DNA of 64,000 nt from Octopus sinensis. Taxonomy: Eukaryota. The notes below the pieces were generated by a model. It searched no databases. It was not told where the DNA came from and saw nothing but the letters and a program-made list of their open reading frames with translations. Position 1 is the first letter of the stretch, and each line of letters opens with the position of its first letter. Shown here one piece after another: positions 23,531 through 35,757 of this stretch. The translations under genes were made by a program, and so were the position numbers. The stretch is taken from NCBI RefSeq assembly GCF_006345805.1, contig NC_043004.1, forward strand, positions 43,090,001 through 43,154,000, given 5' to 3'.

Positions 23531-24335
23531 ATTCGTTCTCAGTCGATAATTAACAGTTAAACATGAATATACAAAAACACTCTTTTACGTAATAGTAATT
23601 GTTTTGACTTGAAACATTAATTTATAACCCGCATGTCACGTTACTGGCTTGTTGTGCGCAATTATTGGAGAAATTCTCTCGATTTACACAAATATTATCT
23701 CCCCTTTAACGTGCATCATATGAGAGATGTCTGGTAAAATATGTTTATAATTAAAGAAAGTGTCCATCCTGTTAAATTTTAGAGGATAAGGACTTCATAA
23801 TTTCAAGCAACTAATTACTCAACTGAATAATTTGCGCAGAATGGTCCAGATTCTTTTTGTGCGAATACATCACATTCTTAGACTGGTGAGGAAATAATCG
23901 TATCTTATATTTCCTTTGTTTATCCCCTGTGTCGACTGCTTTTAGAAAACTGTAAACTGATTGCATAACATATGCTGAGATAATAAATATTAAATGCACA
24001 CTGCATTATTTCAGCAACAACTATATAGTTATCAGAATAATATATTATAGTAGAATAATATATTTTTTTTACAGCACATGAAAATTCCTCAGTACTGGAA
24101 GATAAAACAAAGTTGCTTTTAATTTGATTAAATCATAGAAACATCTAATTTCTCTGTATGATTCAAAATACAGTATATGATTCAAACTACTATCATATAC
24201 AGACATAGACATAAAAATCAAATAAATACGTATAAAAAATTTCCATGCGCCCGTGTATGTGTGTATGCGTGTATATATAGATATATAGGAATATATATGC
24301 ACATACATACATATATATATGTTTATATATATATG

Positions 24336-24392
<57 letters not shown>

Positions 24393-24908
24393 GATTGTAT
24401 GTTTATGTAAATACACACACATGTAAAAATAGTAAAAAAAACAATACAAAAAGATAAGTGAAAAGTACAAAACAAATTGAAGACACCGGTAAATAAGTAT
24501 TGTCAGAAATAAAGTTGCACATTGTTCGTATTGATTTTAAGGTAATTTCATTTGATTAAATTTATATATTGACGAAATTTATTTCTTCGAAACACATGAA
24601 TATAGAATAAAGTAAACATCGAAATATAAATAGAATAAAGTAAAATATATAACGTTAGAAAAAACGTTTTTTACAAAAATAAAAATTATTCAGAATGAGA
24701 AATCCAAGAAAAATTTTAAGTGAATTACTATTTGTTTATTTGACAAACTTATAAAATATTGGCATTATGTAGGCATATGTGTGTGTGTGTGTGTGTATGT
24801 GTGTTCATATATACGTACATACACTATACATCTGTGTAAAGGTTTCATGTTGTAAAGATATATAAATATATATAAATATATAAATATATATATATATGTA
24901 TATATATA

Positions 24909-24954
<46 letters not shown>

Positions 24955-25189
24955 CACACACACACACATATATATATATATACACACACACACACATATA
25001 TACACATATATAAATATATGTAGATATACATATAAATAAAATATATAAATATATATAAATAGAAAAATATATATTCATAGACACACATATATATATATAT
25101 ATGTATATAAATATATACGTAGGTATATGAGAATACCCATGTGTGTGTGTGTATGCGTGTATCTATGTGCATGGGTATATAGAGTGAAA

Positions 25190-26545
25190 TTGCAAAAAGC
25201 AGAAAACAAAGACTGATGTGTAAACAACAGACAGATGTATTATTTTAACGCTCGGGAAATGATAAAGTATTTTACGATTCGAGCCTATTCTCTTCGAGAG
25301 AGAGGAACACAAAGAAACAGGGAGGGAACGTAGAAAAGGTTTTAGTGGTTAGCAATCTGTCATTGGGAATGCCTGACAGAGGGGTCACATAGGAGAGCTA
25401 GGTAAAAGGGGAAATAATAATGTAGTGATGATCCCAAAACGAAAGTGCACGTGCATATGTATGTGCGAACGTGTATGTATGTGTGGAAGGGGGCTGGTGG
25501 CCTTGACGTGTGTGTGAATGATGGTGTAGGTGCTGGGAAGTAGTCAGTGCTAGTATGGCGTTCTCTGGTGGTGTTTGGTGTGATGGTGTTCGGGGGTGCG
25601 GAGAGGATGTGTGGGAAGCAAGGGTGCGATCTAAGGGATGAGGAGGAGTGGGATGGAATTATAGGAATGCTGGGCTTGGAGAGTGTAGGGGTGGGGAACG
25701 AGGAAGCGGGTGACGATGAAGGGATAGGTGGAAGGGAGAGGAGTAGAAATGAAGAGAGGAAGTATGTGTCAGAGCAAGAGCGGAGAGGAGGGAGAGAGGA
25801 AGTAGGTGCGAGAGAAAGAGAGGTGAGAGTAAGATGGTTAGATGAAGACAGTAGCAGAGTTGAGGAACGTGGCGCAAAAGAGAGAAGAGAGAAGATTAAT
25901 CCCTGTGCAAGGAAAGTCCGAACACAGACAGGTGTAAAAAGTGACCGGTAGAACAGAAACGGAATGGGATCATGGAGAGCAGTAGATACAGTTGAGGACG
26001 TTGCTTGAAGTGCAGGTGAAGGAGTCAGTGATATGATAGCGTCGATGATTGGTGTCTGTGGAAAAGGTGGTGTTGGAGAGGTAAGGGCAAGTGCGACAGC
26101 GTGGGCGGGAGCAAGAGTACCAACCGTATTGGGAGGTTGAGTTAAAGAAGAAGTTGTGAACCAAGAGGGTTCGTAGGATGTGGGCTGGTCTGAAGGAGGG
26201 GAGCTGTCGGTTAGGGAAGATGTGCGAAGTGGAGGGATCGGACTGAAGCCGCCGGATGGTCAGAGAAGCGTGCGCTGAAGAGGTAGGAGTGGAGTGGTAG
26301 TTGAGGGGAAACAGGAGACGAGTGACGGCGAGGTGGGTGTGGGGGAAGAGAGCAGATGCACGGTCTTTGGAAGTTCTCTGGAAAGGGCGGTGCTGATAGT
26401 GGTAAGGGGATATCCACGTAGACTGAGTTGGCGAGCCATGTGTTGAGACTGAGTCTCAAAGTCATGGTCGTTACTGCAGAGCCTGCGTAGACGGAGGAAT
26501 TGGTAATAGAGGGTGGGGAGCTTGGTGTGTTCAGGGTGGGAGGAA
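25190..26545 (-). mobile_element. Penelope-like element (Neptune-type) 3' remnant: RT thumb, Cys linker, GIY-YIG, 3' end
   Basis: HPEHTK..YQFLRLRRLCSNDHDF..RGYP; GWYSCSRPRCRTC..FTCTSSNVLNCIYC; FCSTGH..LSVFGLSLH. Degenerate hammerhead at 25270-25300. Confidence 0.9.
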
Positions 26546-26679
26546 GAGAAGTTGAGGCTTAATATTATTTGATATTTTCTTACTAATAATCCCCGGTACT
26601 CTTTTTTCTGCTCCTTCAGATTGAAGTGTGAGCTTTATTCAGCTAAAACTTTGTAATAGTTTATCATATTGCTTTCAAA

Positions 26680-27075
26680 TTTTGGCACAAGTCCATGAAT
26701 TTTAACGGAGCGTGTTAGTCGATTATATCAACCCCCAGGGTTCAACTGGTGCTTAATTTTCTCGACCCCCCGAGAAAATGATTAAATGTAAAGTCAACCT
26801 CGGTGGAATTTGAACACAGAAAGTACAGACAGACGAAATACCTATTTCTTTACTACCTATAATGGACTAAACACAGAAAGAAACGAACAAGGACAGACAA
26901 ACGGATTAAGTCGATTATATCGACCCCAGTGCGTAACTGGTATTTATTTAATTGACCCCGAAAGGATGAAAGACAAAGTCGACCTCAGCAGAATTTGAAC
27001 TCAGAGCGTAGCGGCAGACGAAATACTGCTACGCATTTTACCCGGCGTGTTAACGAGTCTGCCATCTCGCCAACT
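26680..27075 (-). mobile_element. tRNA-derived SINE family B, head plus repeated body
   Basis: Reverse complement of 28833-29062, followed by a second body starting at gtatttcgtct. Confidence 0.85.
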
Positions 27076-28079
27076 TAATTAATAGTATATCATATTGAAG
27101 TTTTAAATTTTGATTTTTTTTCAATATTTCTGTAGATGTGATTTTTTGCGCTACATTTTGATGTTCCTATGACATGTCCTAAAACAGCGTGTTCTATGTA
27201 CGAATATTTACATTGTTATTAGATTGAGGACAGGTTTACATTGCGAAATCATATTCCGTCTAAAACCCTTTAAAGTTTTGGCCGAAGCAGAGATTGCCGT
27301 GTCTTGGATCGCTTACAACAAATTAGAATACACCATTCATTGTATAAATGAATTAAGCTGTCACTACTCAAATTAAGTTAAACACTAAGGTATGATAATG
27401 GTATGCTATAACAGAATTGTCCCATACCTCTGCTACTCATTGACATGATAGAATCATTTGCAAAATAAACCTGACGAAATATTTTGAAATCTTACAGAAT
27501 TGTTAAAATTTTAGAGAATGGGGTACATAAAGAGATACGTATAGTAGTATTATTATTGAATGAATACCTGGAGGGTTTCTACTTCAAGCCGTTTACAAAG
27601 TGTATTTAATTTACTCTAGTATTTCGATCATTTAACAAGAAGATATGCTTTCGATAAAATATTTGCTCCCGCAAAGCAAATTACAAAAGGTTTGTGAATT
27701 TGCGGAGGGTTAAAATTGGTAACAGGACAGTGGAAACAAGCAGGAAGGGCTGCTATGCCGAAGCGTGTTTGTGGCGTCCAACGCATAAATCAAGCTTAGA
27801 CATAAGACAAACACGAACCCGTCTTCCTTGTTCCAGCTACAAGGGAGAGAAAGAACGAAACACAAGTTAGGAGAAGAAAGTCACATGGCCGATGGTCAGG
27901 CGGGAGCCACGTGAGCAAAGGAGGGGGAGTGATTGAGAGAGAGAGACAGAGTAATAGGATAAAATTGTGGGAGAATAATAAAAGAATAAGAGTGAGAAAG
28001 AGAAAAACGAAAAAGAGTGAAATTATAGTATAGAGTGTGCATGATAATTATTAAGATAACTATATAATATATATATATA

Positions 28080-28130
<51 letters not shown>

Positions 28131-28131
<1 letters not shown>

Positions 28132-28533
28132 AAATTAATTAAGGGTAGAAATTGATATTTATCAATTAAGACCAGTGGTCTAGCATATTAAAAAAGAATC
28201 CGAAGATTAAAATATTTATATATACCAATTAAGGACTGAACACGAAAAGTGGACAGTCAACATGCTAGATATAGACGTCAAATCGCCATTCACCACAAAA
28301 CATTATGTTCTCAGATCAAATTCAACACAAAACCATAGCAATAAACAAGTGAAAAATATACGAAATAAAATAATTACCCATGTACTAAATTAGTTTCAGC
28401 TGTTATTTTCCACAAGGAAAACTGCAGCCATCATCAGCATGGTCCGTTATAAATGTAATTTGCTGGACTAGATGCAAACACGATACCGAAATATCGCGTG
28501 CATGGAGTGCATGGAGTACGCACATGGAGTACG

Positions 28534-28535
<2 letters not shown>
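28131..28535 (-). mobile_element. Short element between (TA)n tracts carrying hammerhead H3
   Basis: Unique 400-bp island flanked on both sides by (TA)n. Contains the ribozyme motif at 28378-28442. Confidence 0.6.
28378..28442 (-). ncRNA. Type I hammerhead ribozyme (H3) with an extra U after A9
   Basis: ccatg CTGATGA t ggctg[cag ttttcc ttgt ggaaaa taa]cagct GAAA ctaa t ttag t a catgg. GUA site at 28383. Confidence 0.8.
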
Positions 28536-28828
<293 letters not shown>

Positions 28829-28832
28829 TTTT

Positions 28833-29062
28833 AAGGCGGCGAGCTGGTAGAAACGTTAGCACGCCGGGCGAAATTCGTAGCCGTATTTCGTCTGTCGTTA
28901 CGTTCCGAGTTGAAATTCCGCCGAGGTTGACTTTGCCTTTCATCCTTTCGGGGTCGATAAATTAAGTACCAGTTACGCACTGGGGTCGATGTAGTCGACT
29001 TAATCCCTTTGCTGTCCTTGTTTGTCCCTCTGTGTTTAGCCCTTGTGGGTAGTAAAGAAATA
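28833..29062 (+). mobile_element. tRNA-derived SINE family B
   Basis: aaggcggcgagctggtagaa head, gagttgaaattcc B-box-like motif, ggggtcgataaattaagtaccag core, gtagtaaagaaata end. Confidence 0.85.
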
Positions 29063-29189
29063 TACATATATATATATATATGCATAAATATATAAATGTA
29101 TATAAATATATATATATGTACCTATATATAGGCATATATATATACACACACACACATATATATATATATGTATATATATACATGCATAG

Positions 29190-29240
<51 letters not shown>

Positions 29241-29259
29241 CATACATACATACATATAA

Positions 29260-30125
29260 ATATAAACTGAAACCCCTAGATATGATTCGACCAAAGATTG
29301 GTCCAGGTCATTTCTAACTTAATAGTATCATGGCCCATTCACGGAGGGAGTGCTTGTTGAATGAGTTGTACCCAGGTATAAGTGGCTTATCTGGTATTCA
29401 TTGTAGAAATTTTTCCAGATGCCGTTTAAAGTTGATGGGATCCTTTTCTAATTTGATCACTTTTGAGCCAATGTTAAGTAGGGCAGGGCCTGTTTAGGAA
29501 AAGAAATTGGGTCGCAGTGTACCCATATGTTGTGATCTTGAACTGAGAAGGGGACGTATGGCCAGTGGTTCTAGCTTTGGTCCTTGATTTGAAGCTAATG
29601 TTCAAGTCGTTTGGGCAATGCTGGCGGTATACTCTCCACATCGAGCACCGCTCGCAGCAGTGCTGGAGTGAATAGAGTTTCAAGGCTTTAAGGCGGTTCC
29701 AGTACTTGAGATCAGTCATACCCTTAATCCGTTTGGTGAATGCCCTCTGGGGTGATTCAACTTTCTAGATGTTTTGCTTTGTATGTGGAGAGACCACAGG
29801 AGGCAGCAGTATTCGAGGAGCTTGTCAGACGGGTTGATGCATGGTCTACATCAGCATTTCGGCTTCAAAGTATATACTGTCCATGCAGAAGCTCCTGGCG
29901 CCATCGCTACTCAGGTTGTTTCTCTTTTTTTCAGTCTTTTTCATTCCTTTTTCTTATCTTGTGTCAAATATTTCAGGTTATTCAGCTCATTAAGGATTAA
30001 TGCCGAGTAACCGTGCATATTTACCAGCTTCCTTGACAATAGAAGGTAATTTTCTGAAACTTTCGTCTTTGGAATGATAACACCTTGTTCTCTGCACTGG
30101 AAGGTTCTTAAGATCCAGGAGCTCA
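29260..30125 (-). mobile_element. CR1/L2-type LINE 3' remnant, interrupted by an R4-type fragment
   Basis: [12 protein letters not shown]; LEYCCLLWSP..QRAFTKRI..YWNRLKALKLYSL; FKRHLEKFL. Confidence 0.85.
29820..30070 (-). mobile_element. R4/Dong-type LINE fragment nested in CR1
   Basis: [19 protein letters not shown] and LHGQY..NADVD. A homologous piece ([17 protein letters not shown]) lies at about 32335-32395. Confidence 0.55.
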
Positions 30126-30163
30126 CATATATGTATGTGTATATATAGTATATATAGCAATAT

Positions 30164-30212
<49 letters not shown>

Positions 30213-30259
30213 GCATGTATATACATGCATGTATATATATGTACATATATATATATATA

Positions 30260-30352
<93 letters not shown>

Positions 30353-30370
30353 TATATATATACATATGTA
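30125..30370. repeat. (TA)n-rich microsatellite
   Basis: Direct reading. Confidence 0.9.
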
Positions 30371-32426
30371 TCTATAAAGTGAAAGTGGGATTTAAACTTT
30401 CGTGAAGGGGCAGAGAAAAAGAAAAGAAAATGAGAAAAATGCAAACAGATTTTACATCCTCTTAGTTTGAAAATTTGCCTGTTATTCTGGACACAGTACA
30501 ACACGGGCTGCTGCCATGAAAAACGTTTAAGTCAGAAGATGCGGAGGGAGAAGAACAAGAGGATGGAAAATGGTTATAGTCTTCTTAAATAATTTTTATA
30601 TATTCAAATACATATAATGTGTGTAACTGTGATAAACTATTTGTACACTATTTTAATGTGGGAAATTTCTTTTGAAATGTAATGGACATTTCAAATGCTA
30701 TGGCTTTTTTTTTACCTTCGAAGTCCATAAAATCATTTATCGCTATAATTTGTTTTAATGGAGTTAGAAAAAATCATATAAACTTGTGTATATTTAGCAC
30801 ATATGTTACTTTGTAGCAGCAAGGGATGAAACATATTTATATACAATTTTTGTGACACAGCAACCAAAAAGAACCCTTCATCACACAGATAAAAAAAGTT
30901 AAACATTAAAAATAGCCTCAATAACATATAAAATTATTTCTTAGCATGATATTTCTAAATTTATAGAATTTAATTTGCACATGAAGTCAGCAATTTTATG
31001 ATTTCACATTTGAACCAAAGTATAAAAGCTGTGTTTGGAATGGCATTATTTATCTCTCATTAGTGAATATTATTTATTAAAAAAACGATGTGTATCGAAG
31101 ATGGTTTTACTCGATACACTGCTATAAAATAAAATTTATCTCTTTAAAGAGCAAGAAATTAACTGCATATAGTATCTCGACACCAACACGTGATGGCCCG
31201 ATAAAAGCACATTAATTTACCAAATAAATGGAGGCACTTTTCTTTGATCTTGAGTTCCTCACTGTAATGAAAACTACATTCTGAAAGAATGCGCAAGAAG
31301 AGTACTATTGTTCAGGTCCAGCATTTCAGTTGTTACAAAAAATTTAAGTTAATGTCGGTGATATGTAATTACAGGCATACAATAAGAGGCTAGCAGGCAG
31401 AGTAAGAGAGAGGACGAAGTTGGATGTATGCGTATGCAACAGAGAGACATATGTATTTTCCCATTTTACCAATCACGCTCCGTTCTACTCCATGCTGATG
31501 TATATGTTAAGGAAAATTGCCAAATGCATTTCTTTTATATTTATTCCAGGAGTAATCTTTTTCCGTTATTCAAATTTCGATCCTTAAGAATGATATAATA
31601 CCTACATATTTCATATTTGATATTAATAATTCATTGTGATGTTTTCCTATGTTAGAGCCAATATAAACAATGATATGGATTTGAGTGTATATCATGCCCA
31701 GCTCCTTTATATTTTGACCATCACAAGTATTATCCACTACGTATATAGTATACATATTATTTCTTCCGAATCTAAACATCTAAAAATATCTGTGATTTTT
31801 AATGTTTTTTGCGAATGCACAAGTAAGAGCCTCCAATAATTATACGGAATCATATTTTTCGGAGTATGAAGTGAACAGAAGAATAGGAAATTGTAGTCAG
31901 GCAGATAATTCTTAGATATATTAATCATTGTATAGTCAATTCAAACAAAATATTAAAAAAATAGTAATTGAGAAACTACAAAGTGACTAGCATCGAAGTA
32001 TCATTGGTTAAATCAGGATTATCAAGAGGATATAAATCGTTTCCTCACTCAATTATACAAAAGATATTTACGGGTTATTTTGCAGGTGACCTAGCATAAA
32101 TAAATACATTATTTTGCACTTCATATGGCTGTTTGACTACTCAAGATTGTGTGTGTTTTGAAATTTATATGACTTGAATTATTTTCCTAATGTTCTGATA
32201 GTCATCTCTAGACTTTCAATAATTTAGCACGATTTAGCACGAATTCAAGCTTATACACATGATATATTGCATATTTAGGGAGTAGAACAGGCAAATATCT
32301 GATGACAGTTGTTTCAGGTTCTTCATTTAACCCAAGGTTAATGCCAAATATCCTGGCATATTAACCAGCTTCCTTTACAATAGAAGGTGATTTTTTTGCT
32401 GCTTTCGTATTTGCACACAAGCCGCA

Positions 32427-32428
32427 GG

Positions 32429-32511
<83 letters not shown>

Positions 32512-32532
32512 GTCTATCTATCTATCTATCGA

Positions 32533-32622
<90 letters not shown>
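32427..32622. repeat. Compound (TATC)n/(TC)n/(TA)n/(TTA)n microsatellite
   Basis: Direct reading. Confidence 0.95.
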
Positions 32623-32624
<2 letters not shown>

Positions 32625-33096
32625 CTCACTTGACATCGGATCCGTATTATGTTTTCGAAAATCGTCAGGTTTCTCTGGAAAGAAAGCGGCGGTTTCTTGT
32701 CATTTCCAACGATGGTGGAGAATAAGGGATCCTTCTTATGTTGGAGATTTCCTTTTTTGTTAAAAATCCTCCTATTTCTTGGGGGACTTATAGAATTTAT
32801 CCCATTTTTTAATTCCACCTGGAAAAATTTAGATTCTTTGCTCAGTGGCATCAACAAACATTTTCGAGGGAATTTCAGTCGTCGATGTGAGAGTAGGAAA
32901 TGAGAGGAATATCTTCTCACAAACATATGAGAGGTTGACAGCTCTTCGCTTCTTGGCGTAATTACTAGACATGTTGGCAGGCAAAACAAGATGACCATCT
33001 CTATCACAAACAACAACTCTGACATCACGGCCGCAGTCACATCTGCGACGACAACTATGAACAACAATAGCAGGAATAGCAGCAGCAGCAGCAGCA

Positions 33097-33297
33097 GTGG
33101 AGGCGCCATGGCCCAGTGGTGAGGGCAGCGGACTCGCGGTCGGAGGGTCGCGGTTTCGATTCCCAGACCGAGGGTTGTGTGTGTTTATTGAGCGAAAAAC
33201 ACCTAAAGTTCCACGATGCTCCGGCAGGGGGTGATGGCGACCCCTGTTGTGCTCTTTCGACCCAACTTTCTCTCACTGTTTCTTCCTGTTTCTTGTC
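33097..33297 (+). mobile_element. tRNA-derived SINE head, family C
   Basis: A-box tggcccagtgg (33109-33119) and B-box-like ggtttcgattccc (33152-33164). Confidence 0.8.
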
Positions 33298-33299
33298 CT

Positions 33300-35700
33300 C
33301 GACTTCCTACGCAACCGCTGAGTCTGGATGTGCATTCATCCATCATCGATGCTCTCGGTGTCGGTGGTTGACCTGCTTTCTCTTCTGCGGGTCTTATGAA
33401 TAGCAAAGGACCACGTTTCGGAATTCTTCCATCTTGCGAGCTCTGTGACGAAGACCTCCGCTGCTAGCAAGTAACTTGCCTCCATCGCTCAACGATGGTT
33501 TCGATTAATATCAGCAACGAGAGGAATAGCACCATCAGCAAAAACGATATAGTCAACACGAGAAATAAGGGTAGTGAGCAGGAGTAACAACATTTCAAGA
33601 GCATGTGTCCCTCAGTGAAGTAGAAAAACTTCTCAATGGATGGGGCAGGAAAAAAGGCTTGTATTCTTTTCAGATTTGATGGATAAGACGGTCAGAAGAT
33701 GTGTCGCTAAGGACGAGGAACATTTTCAATGCATCTCGTGTCCAAGTAGAAAGCTGCTTCAAGAGTATTTGGACTGATATTGATTTCTTCACACGAAGAA
33801 ATCAATACGGGTCTGTGGAAATGAGTTTCTTCACAGAAGCTCTGCACCCCTCAAAAAAAAATCGATGATTCATGGCAATCACGAAGATCTTATCCTTCTC
33901 ATCTCATTCCTTAGATAGGAATAGGTTAGAGGGTGAACTAATTAGCAAATCGGAAGAAACGATTAGAAAGGACATTGCCACCGATATGTTAGCAGCGAGA
34001 ATGGCTTTGACCATTTCTTCGAAACGAAACATGAAGGTTGCATTTCCAGAGCTAAGACCCGTGCGCAGGAAGAAACTAAAGCTGTCGGATGGGACGGAAA
34101 AGCGGAACCGTGACCTGGAAACAAAACCATGATCACCTGTTTGACTGATCGAGATGGACGCATGCTACTGCTCCCAATACAGGTGACCAACTTTTCAGCA
34201 GCACTTCGCGCAGCCGTTTGGGGAGGTCACTGGGTCGAGGATGGTATTGGATTTAGTTCGTATCTACACGGCTTGTGGCGGCTCTTGGCAGCTGACGCGA
34301 GGTTATGTGAAAAACCGACAGAAGCCGTTGGAATTAGGAATTGTACAAATCGCAGACCGCCTGGATTGGATGGTCTGCCCTATGAATTCTATGTATTGTT
34401 AGCAGATTTGTTTAGCGACTTCTTGGCAGACGTCTACCGCTACTGGCAACAGGACGGAAGAATTCCTGGTGCTGTTAACTGAGGTTGGAACCTCTCTTAT
34501 TTAAATTCTTTTGGAACGGACGCGTTCCAATTGTCAGGCGGTCAGCTTGTTGCCAGCACCCTCTAAGTGTTGAATTGGGTTTGATGTGCCTCCTAATGCA
34601 CAGACACTCCCTTAGGTTACGCCATCTGCTACGATTTCTGGCCAATGTGCGTGTATGGGCTCTGTTTGTGAGTCTCGTCTTTCGGCAGCTCGTCTCATTG
34701 ACGGAGCTGCAGTCCTGAGTGCAATCCCGAAGGGCAATGGGATCGGTAGATATTCTGCTTTAGTAATGTATAGAGGATTAGTGCCGGGGAAGTGCGACGT
34801 TGTTCTCTGGGGAACTCTGGTACCGACGAAAACGAACTGGCTAGTCTGTTTCAGAATAGTCTCAGATCGGCAACTGCCATGGAATATTTCTAGATGTCCT
34901 TGGCCTGAGAATGCTACGGGGTGCCCTACCGCTTCGAGATAGATTCGGCAGGCACGGAGTTTGCTCTCAGACGAAACTTTTCTGCACGCACTCGTTCAGT
35001 GTCCGGGCATTATTGAGTTGTGTGTCTATGTCAAACAGATACAGTCACGTTTCGGACGGATCCGTCTGTCGGCCGAATCTGTAGTGATGATTGCTACACC
35101 GCCCTCCTTCAATCGGGCAGGCAAGGCAGTTTTCCTTTGCCCAGTTGCTGTGACGAAACCGGTTGTTTGATGGACAAGTGTGAAAGGCAGGTGAACAGAT
35201 ACATTCCTATTTCATAGAACTCTCATTGACTTCTTCAAGTTTGACTTGAAAACGAAATTGAGAGTGGATAGGGAAGTGAGTTTATTGAATTATTTTATTG
35301 AACTATGTGCGATGACCGTTTTTAATGTCGCAGCAAAGTTTATTGAATGATTAGTAAAATTTGCGAAAATAACAAAGAGTGGATGGGACCTCAGTCAGTG
35401 GAAACCTGTAAGTCGGAAAGAAGGAATTGGAGACGGCATTTTTGCCCTTTGGGTTAAGAGGAATCTTGGACATTAAAGTTCTTCGATTATCCCTTGATGT
35501 CTTCTTGTATCAGGAGGGCTACATCTACATCATCCTTCACCCCATCTTTTAACCTTTGTATATTGTGTATATGTCCCTTCTTTTTTCAGTGTATACCGTG
35601 TACACGTACCTTATTTATCATTTCATTATATGTAAACCCCTACACTATATGTCTTTGTTTGTGTTGTCCCTTATTCCTGGCACTTCGGGCAAATACATGA
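33300..35700 (+). mobile_element. Tx1/L1-type LINE remnant with the RT core deleted
   Basis: PGLDGLPYEFY..DVYRYWQQDGRIP joined directly to EPLLFKFFWNGRVPIVRRSACCQHP. C-terminal ETFLHALVQCP. 3' UTR ends in (ATC)/(ATT)n. Confidence 0.8.
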
Positions 35701-35717
35701 AATCATCATCATCATCA

Positions 35718-35757
<40 letters not shown>

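Noticed and set aside
22916-23560. 214-aa ORF
   Set aside because: Spans (TA)n and a CT-rich repeat tail; low complexity.
25547-25951. 134-aa Glu/Arg-rich ORF
   Set aside because: Antisense reading of the pyrimidine-rich PLE 3' region.
30449-31930. Several exon-like segments (30449-30575, 31205-31292, acceptor at 31549)
   Set aside because: Splice signals are present, but frames stop early or cannot be joined consistently, and no homology was recognised.
32621-33109. 162-aa minus-strand ORF
   Set aside because: Starts in a SINE and (CTG)n; no recognisable domain; possibly an unassigned LINE N-terminal remnant.
33097-33170. tRNA gene
   Set aside because: A and B boxes are present, but I could not fold a full cloverleaf, and it continues into SINE body sequence.
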